A stretch of DNA of 64,000 nucleotides from Barthelona sp. PCE (lineage: Eukaryota). Positions 58,866 through 64,000 of the stretch are shown here, piece by piece. The stretch spans positions 558,001 to 622,000 of the forward strand of contig JAUFOR010000008.1 in assembly GCA_040285745.1 (NCBI GenBank). Reading direction: 5' to 3'. Each line of letters starts with the position of its first letter. Positions within the stretch are counted from its first letter, which is position 1. A program made the position numbers and the translations under genes. The notes below the pieces were generated by a model. The model was given only the letters and a program-made list of their open reading frames with translations. It was not told the origin of the DNA and searched no databases.

Positions 58866-61800
58866 TTAGTTAAAAGGAATGCTTTCCTCAGCATCTGTGT
58901 CGTACTGCGGTCCGCCAGCGATGGTGCCCATCATGATGCTTTTGACATCATTAGCTTCATCTAAATTGATGGCACTCAGCGTTTTCTCCATGCCTTTGAC
59001 ATTGGGCATGTCGTCGAGGGGTGCAAGTGGAGAGTAATCAGAATCAGTAAACTCTGGTACTTCCGAGAGCTCCTCCATCTCCTCCATGTCAAGCGCGAGA
59101 ACATCAACCATGGAGACATCTGTAGCGTCAGCAATTGATTCAAGCTCTTCATCGGAAAGCTCTTCACTTACACATACTCGATCCAACTGCTTCTCATCGT
59201 CTTTTTTCTCCATACGCCAAACGTTTAGCAGCATCTTGACCTTCAGGGTCTCCTCGGTCGTTAGATGTATACTTGAATCAGCCAGTGTGAGCATAGAAGC
59301 TGACCTATCTAACAATCTGTTCTTTTTAGTGAGCTCCTCATCATTACTGCACAGCTCCTTGATCTGGCCGTAGAACATCCATAAGAACAGAATAACGTTG
59401 CTTAAAACGAGAATGAAATCAAGAACACCAATCCAGGTTTTGGAACGATCAGAGATATTGGAATTCATGAGAATCATGGCCAATAGAGTGACGAATAGTG
59501 TCAACAGAGACACAAATTCAAGTAAATTATCGCGATAATCATCATAAGGCAGAAGTCTGGTGTGGGCCAATAAGAATGCAAATAGGAACAGTAACGCAAC
59601 CATAGAACCTTCTGTCTGGTCAGCGAACAGGACAGTGGTCATGATAATGACAAGCTTCTTGCACATGACTGCAATCTCGAACATGTAAGATTCAGGTTTG
59701 TAGTTACTGTACAAGGTACCCAATAAAGCCTTGGCTTTGGGCTTGTCCAGCGCCTTCTTCTTGTTGAGCCTGTTGAGGATGAGCGCCAGTGTAAACGGAA
59801 CACCGATGACATAAACGACAACACCCAGATAGAAGAAGGGTTGGAATGAGTTCCATTTATCGTCGTAACAAGCAATATCAGGTGCTCTGAATAGGACCTG
59901 AAGATCACCATCGGCAGGGGAGTAGCAGTTTCTGATCGAGATAATGCTATCTGAAATAAAAGTGTAGGTATAAATTGCAATGAGCACAAACGCACTGACA
60001 ACCTTGTCAAACACGTTAACAAACGGTTTCTTGCGGTCCTTCATACACTTGCAACATCCCAAGATGCGAGGTAAAAGCCAGATCAAGCAACCAATGAAGA
60101 ATAGCACGGCGAAACAAATTGGAAGAAGCAATAACTTAACAACGTAATAATCATAGAAAGTGAGGGGAGTTACGCACTGAGGGTTGACCGTAAAGCTCAG
60201 GAAATCAAAGCTGAATGTCTCTTTGAAGAAATTAAATATTGAAGAGAAAAAGCTCTGTAAAGCACCTAAATCAAGGTTGAAAGTCTGGAAAAGACCCAAA
60301 ATCTGTGAGAAATTAATGAAAACAGCGAGTTTTGAGAACTTGACCAGACGTCCAATACGCTTCATACCCTTGCTGAATGAATCACTCGAGACCAGCTCCC
60401 AGAAATCACCAATGTCATCGGAAATTTCATCGGAAGCACTCTGCAGAACGATAAGGATGTACATGGCTGTAAGAGACAAGAATGTCATGATGCCAGTCTG
60501 TCCCGAACTAGATGGGCACTCGGCGCAAGATTCATCGGTTTTGTAGTAACCTTCATCGCATGATGCGCAACGGTCGCCAATATATCCACCAGCACATTGA
60601 GTGGTGCATGCATCTGATGAGCAATTGGCAGCAACGAAACCAAGACATGCCTCCTCAGGCTGACACAACGAAATAAGAGCAAAATCCACTTCATCACGGT
60701 AAGCGCCCTCTTCTGGGATTGGCCAGCGGTTGTTAGGCGCCTTGCAAGTGGCGTGGCTAGGACAGCTGTAGCATGGACCACCAACAGCGCCGTAATAACC
60801 ACTGCTACAGTAACAGTCCAAAACTGATGTTGAGCGTTGAGCACTTGATGAATGGTCGGGGCACGTGTGGTATGTGGCTGCTGCTGTCGTGTTCACGTAC
60901 GTTCCTTCGGGAGCGTCCGTACACTCACTAGCTCCACGCTCATCGGAATACGTACCGTTGAGACAATTAGTACACACATCTTCGAACGTAGTTGCATATT
61001 GGCCCAGCTCGCACTTTTTGAACTCAAAAGTCATATCTGTGACTCCATAGTCGTTGGAAAAAAGAGATATGTAAACGTTAGCTACAACGCTATAACGGAA
61101 AGATGGAACCGTAAAGCTTGCATGCGTTGCGTTCATGAATGTTATGATTGCGTCGCTCTCACCAACAAGGCCTTCATAAGTACCATTGAAACGGAGCTTG
61201 GGCTTTGTTGATGTGTCTGAGCCAACGAATGCTGTGAATCCGTCACCGATGAGGTAGTTCACAACCTGACCGTACTGATAATGTTCAGCAAACTCAAGAG
61301 ATGTAAACGTGGGGGGATTGGTCACATAGATCGTTACAGGCTCGAAGCTATAAATGGGCGAAATATTAGCACTCATCTCGATTGTGTACGAGCCGAGAGA
61401 CAGCTTTGCACACATTGAAGAGGTGTTGAACCTAACTATGAATGTCTTCAAGTCCTCGGACACGTTATCTGACGCGATAGTCTGGTTGTGCACAACTTGG
61501 TCAAGATAATCAGTAATTATAATACCAAAAACAGTCTCATTGGTAGCTGTTGGGATGGTAGCTTCGTAAAAAATGGTCAAGTTGACCTCGGGTTCGGATA
61601 CATCACAGAACGGTGTGATAAGGAACTCGCTCAGTTTGGAAATTTCGATCGACGATCCGTCCACGTATGTCAAAGTGGGGTCTGATGAAGAAATCTCGAG
61701 GAAATCAATTCCGTTGGGAGAATACAGCAGACTGACGGTTTTACCCGCGGAGAAGAACGGAGTTACCACGACGATGGTTGCACCGTCGACTGACTTTGGG

Positions 61801-63830
61801 TTGACGTCGATAAATGAAGCTGTGTCATCTACATTAATAAAACGGATTACGCTGTTGACTCCGTTGATGGTGTTAGCAACGCTGTCCATTGTGATCGTGA
61901 GCTCCTTGCCGGACTGGGCAACGCCTATCTCACCGAAACTGATCGACTCAACGCGCTGTGTGATAAATGATCCAATTTCAACAGGTATAGCATTGTTATC
62001 AGAACGCGCTCCAGTCCAAAAAACTTCGATCTCATACGTGTCAATGGTGCTCAGAACGATGTTGGAGCTGGTCTGGACGGTGAACTGAAGATCATGGTTG
62101 ATTGTGGAGTAATCCAAGTCCAGCTCCTCTTCATATATTACCGAACCACCCTTGTAAAGAACAAACTTGGGGGTTAGATCGGTCCAGCGGGAAAGATCGG
62201 GAACCTGTGACGACTGGTAGTTGATCTCAAGTGATGTGTTGACACCAACAGGAAGACTCGTGGTAGATAGTGATATGGGGGCAGGAACAACAAAGAACGT
62301 AACAGAGGAGTTCTCCGCGGAATAATCAACAGGAACATTACCTGACCACCATGATACGGGAAGCTCGAAATCATACGTGGCAAATGTTGTTGTTGAAAAT
62401 CGTTCAACAAGCACATCTCTTTCGAGTTTCAAACCAAGAACACACGTATCAAGGCCGCTGCACTGACCCGGCACATCAACATTGTCTAATGGGTTATCTT
62501 TGCCAATCATGATTCTGGTGACAACTTGTATGGCTTCGTTTGTTGGGTCGGTGTAGGAAGGGAACTCGTTGCTTGTGAAATTACTAATTGTGACATCAAC
62601 AGTAGCCTGGTAGCCGGGATCAGAGCCAATGTATTCCACGAGATATGGCGAAATACTCGTCACCTTTGGAAAACCGAAATTGGTGCTGGCATCGATGAAT
62701 GTATAGAACTGGATACACTCGTAGAAGTCAGTACCCTCATAGCTAACGAAGAACGCATCAGGTTGAATATCATGAGGCCAATCTTGGTTGAAAAAGACAC
62801 GAATCGAAAGATTGCTCTCGCCGTCATCGAAAATCTGTTCATAGCTGAAAAATCCTGTACTATGCTGGCTCAAATCGAGGCTATAGCGATTTGTAATCAT
62901 GCTCTCATGATAAACACACATATGTACCCATCCCTCAACGTTACCCATGCAGATTTTGAGAGTTTCTTCATAGTATTCGAGGTCAGAATACTCAATTCCC
63001 TCCTCAGCAGAGATACGTAACTCAATTATATCAGGAAAGGATGCTTGTTGTATAAATATCTTTGAAGGAGATACTGAAGCAATCTTAACTAATTTTGTCT
63101 GTATACCACCACCCTCTACCATGGTGATTCCCTGATAATTAATGTCATACGTTGTTTTATACCATGGCGTGCCTTGATACTCCAGTGTCACAGGACCAGA
63201 ACTATCTGGTGATATTTGAATATTTTCTGTTGTAGTTACCCACCATCCCTTTTCATTAAGAAAATCCAATGAAGCATAGAAACTCATTGATTCATCATAA
63301 ATATATCCTAACATAGTTAGGCCTACATCATTTTCATTGGTATTTTCAATAAAGAATGCCAGTTTTTCTGCTACAGAATAAAAAATATTGTAGAAGCGAA
63401 GTGGAGATACCACAGGAAAAGCGTATGTAAAGATATCACTGAAAGGTACACCGCTGTTGGTTCCGTTTCTGATCTCAAGCGGAACATGATACAATACAGT
63501 TCCTGATCTTTTCGGTATGTAACAACGGAATAATAGTAAATCTCCAATTATTTCAGGATAAAAGCACGATAATTCCTCTAACTCTCCTCCTGCTGGTGAA
63601 TAAAAGACATTATATGATGTATCAATGTATTCCCATGATTGTTTTTGGATTGGTAGAGTGACTAGAGTAAGTTTGTTTGGATCCGGTGTAGGTACAGGAT
63701 ATTTGGGATCTGTAGACCATTGAAATGCTCCTTTAGTTAAGGAAAACACTACAAAAAGTAAAAAAAGCTTAATTCCCAAGTTTTTAAAAACTGAAATACC
63801 TGATTGCTTAAAATTTGTGCTTTCTCTCAT
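58866..63830 (-). CDS. Large receptor-like membrane protein (signal peptide, Ig/IPT-like ectodomain, Cys-rich repeats, multi-TM C-terminus, acidic tail)
   Basis: LFLLFVVFSLTKG signal; PKVTSISP and VVTP...SPNGIDF (IPT-like); CELGQY...CLNGTYS...CYCSSGYYG; 7 or more TM segments with LYSNYK...YMFE and LPYDDYRDNLLE. Confidence 0.85.
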   Translation of the reverse strand: MRESTNFKQSGISVFKNLGIKLFLLFVVFSLTKGAFQWSTDPKYPVPTPDPNKLTLVTLPIQKQSWEYIDTSYNVFYSPAGGELEELSCFYPEIIGDLLLFRCYIPKRSGTVLYHVPLEIRNGTNSGVPFSDIFTYAFPVVSPLRFYNIFYSVAEKLAFFIENTNENDVGLTMLGYIYDESMSFYASLDFLNEKGWWVTTTENIQISPDSSGPVTLEYQGTPWYKTTYDINYQGITMVEGGGIQTKLVKIASVSPSKIFIQQASFPDIIELRISAEEGIEYSDLEYYEETLKICMGNVEGWVHMCVYHESMITNRYSLDLSQHSTGFFSYEQIFDDGESNLSIRVFFNQDWPHDIQPDAFFVSYEGTDFYECIQFYTFIDASTNFGFPKVTSISPYLVEYIGSDPGYQATVDVTISNFTSNEFPSYTDPTNEAIQVVTRIMIGKDNPLDNVDVPGQCSGLDTCVLGLKLERDVLVERFSTTTFATYDFELPVSWWSGNVPVDYSAENSSVTFFVVPAPISLSTTSLPVGVNTSLEINYQSSQVPDLSRWTDLTPKFVLYKGGSVIYEEELDLDYSTINHDLQFTVQTSSNIVLSTIDTYEIEVFWTGARSDNNAIPVEIGSFITQRVESISFGEIGVAQSGKELTITMDSVANTINGVNSVIRFINVDDTASFIDVNPKSVDGATIVVVTPFFSAGKTVSLLYSPNGIDFLEISSSDPTLTYVDGSSIEISKLSEFLITPFCDVSEPEVNLTIFYEATIPTATNETVFGIIITDYLDQVVHNQTIASDNVSEDLKTFIVRFNTSSMCAKLSLGSYTIEMSANISPIYSFEPVTIYVTNPPTFTSLEFAEHYQYGQVVNYLIGDGFTAFVGSDTSTKPKLRFNGTYEGLVGESDAIITFMNATHASFTVPSFRYSVVANVYISLFSNDYGVTDMTFEFKKCELGQYATTFEDVCTNCLNGTYSDERGASECTDAPEGTYVNTTAAATYHTCPDHSSSAQRSTSVLDCYCSSGYYGAVGGPCYSCPSHATCKAPNNRWPIPEEGAYRDEVDFALISLCQPEEACLGFVAANCSSDACTTQCAGGYIGDRCASCDEGYYKTDESCAECPSSSGQTGIMTFLSLTAMYILIVLQSASDEISDDIGDFWELVSSDSFSKGMKRIGRLVKFSKLAVFINFSQILGLFQTFNLDLGALQSFFSSIFNFFKETFSFDFLSFTVNPQCVTPLTFYDYYVVKLLLLPICFAVLFFIGCLIWLLPRILGCCKCMKDRKKPFVNVFDKVVSAFVLIAIYTYTFISDSIISIRNCYSPADGDLQVLFRAPDIACYDDKWNSFQPFFYLGVVVYVIGVPFTLALILNRLNKKKALDKPKAKALLGTLYSNYKPESYMFEIAVMCKKLVIIMTTVLFADQTEGSMVALLFLFAFLLAHTRLLPYDDYRDNLLEFVSLLTLFVTLLAMILMNSNISDRSKTWIGVLDFILVLSNVILFLWMFYGQIKELCSNDEELTKKNRLLDRSASMLTLADSSIHLTTEETLKVKMLLNVWRMEKKDDEKQLDRVCVSEELSDEELESIADATDVSMVDVLALDMEEMEELSEVPEFTDSDYSPLAPLDDMPNVKGMEKTLSAINLDEANDVKSIMMGTIAGGPQYDTDAEESIPFN

Positions 63831-64000
63831 TCATGGGTTTTTTTAGTCTAAAATGAGCGTGTTAGAAGAAAAAAAAACACGTAATAGGATGAAATGAAAT
63901 ATCTCAAAGTAAAATAGTACACATTCTAAAGGTACATCATGAATATGACCGATGGTGTACATGATGCTTTAAAAATTGTCTTTAGAGAATGGGGATAAAG

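Noticed and set aside
1-64000. tRNA, rRNA or transposon genes
   Set aside because: No tRNA cloverleaf with a T-loop consensus, rRNA-like tract, or transposase/RT motif recognised by eye.

Overview
This is eukaryotic nuclear DNA, not prokaryotic. It is very gene-dense (about 35 protein genes in 64 kb, standard genetic code, intergenic gaps often under 100 nt) and has only a few short GT-AG introns. The introns place the putative branch A exactly 7 nt before the 3' end. Together with the flagellar genes and a glycine-cleavage H protein with a very short presequence, this suggests a flagellated protist, possibly a metamonad-like anaerobe (inference). The window holds a Cys-rich surface protein with an exact 882-bp internal duplication that runs off the left edge, and a 4.2k-aa axonemal-type dynein heavy chain whose main ATPase site looks destroyed. 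A housekeeping block follows (NHP2, Serinc, YTH protein, SmD3, UMP1, RPL27A, RPS16, CGI121, SUMO, PUS3, GCSH, bystin, MAK16). Further on are a plant-type GARP transcription factor, CARMIL-like, SPATA17-like, dynamin, PSMB4, PanK, dynein intermediate chain, MVD, BCAS3-like and an unusual CH-CBM20-LRR protein. The right end is more accessory, with a broken gene, a structured intergenic RNA candidate and a large receptor-like membrane protein. Best leads: the probable pseudo-motor dynein, the four-way-junction RPL27A intron, the CH-CBM20-LRR fusion and the 58.7-kb structured RNA. All family calls come from motifs recognised by eye; no searches or folding programs were run.
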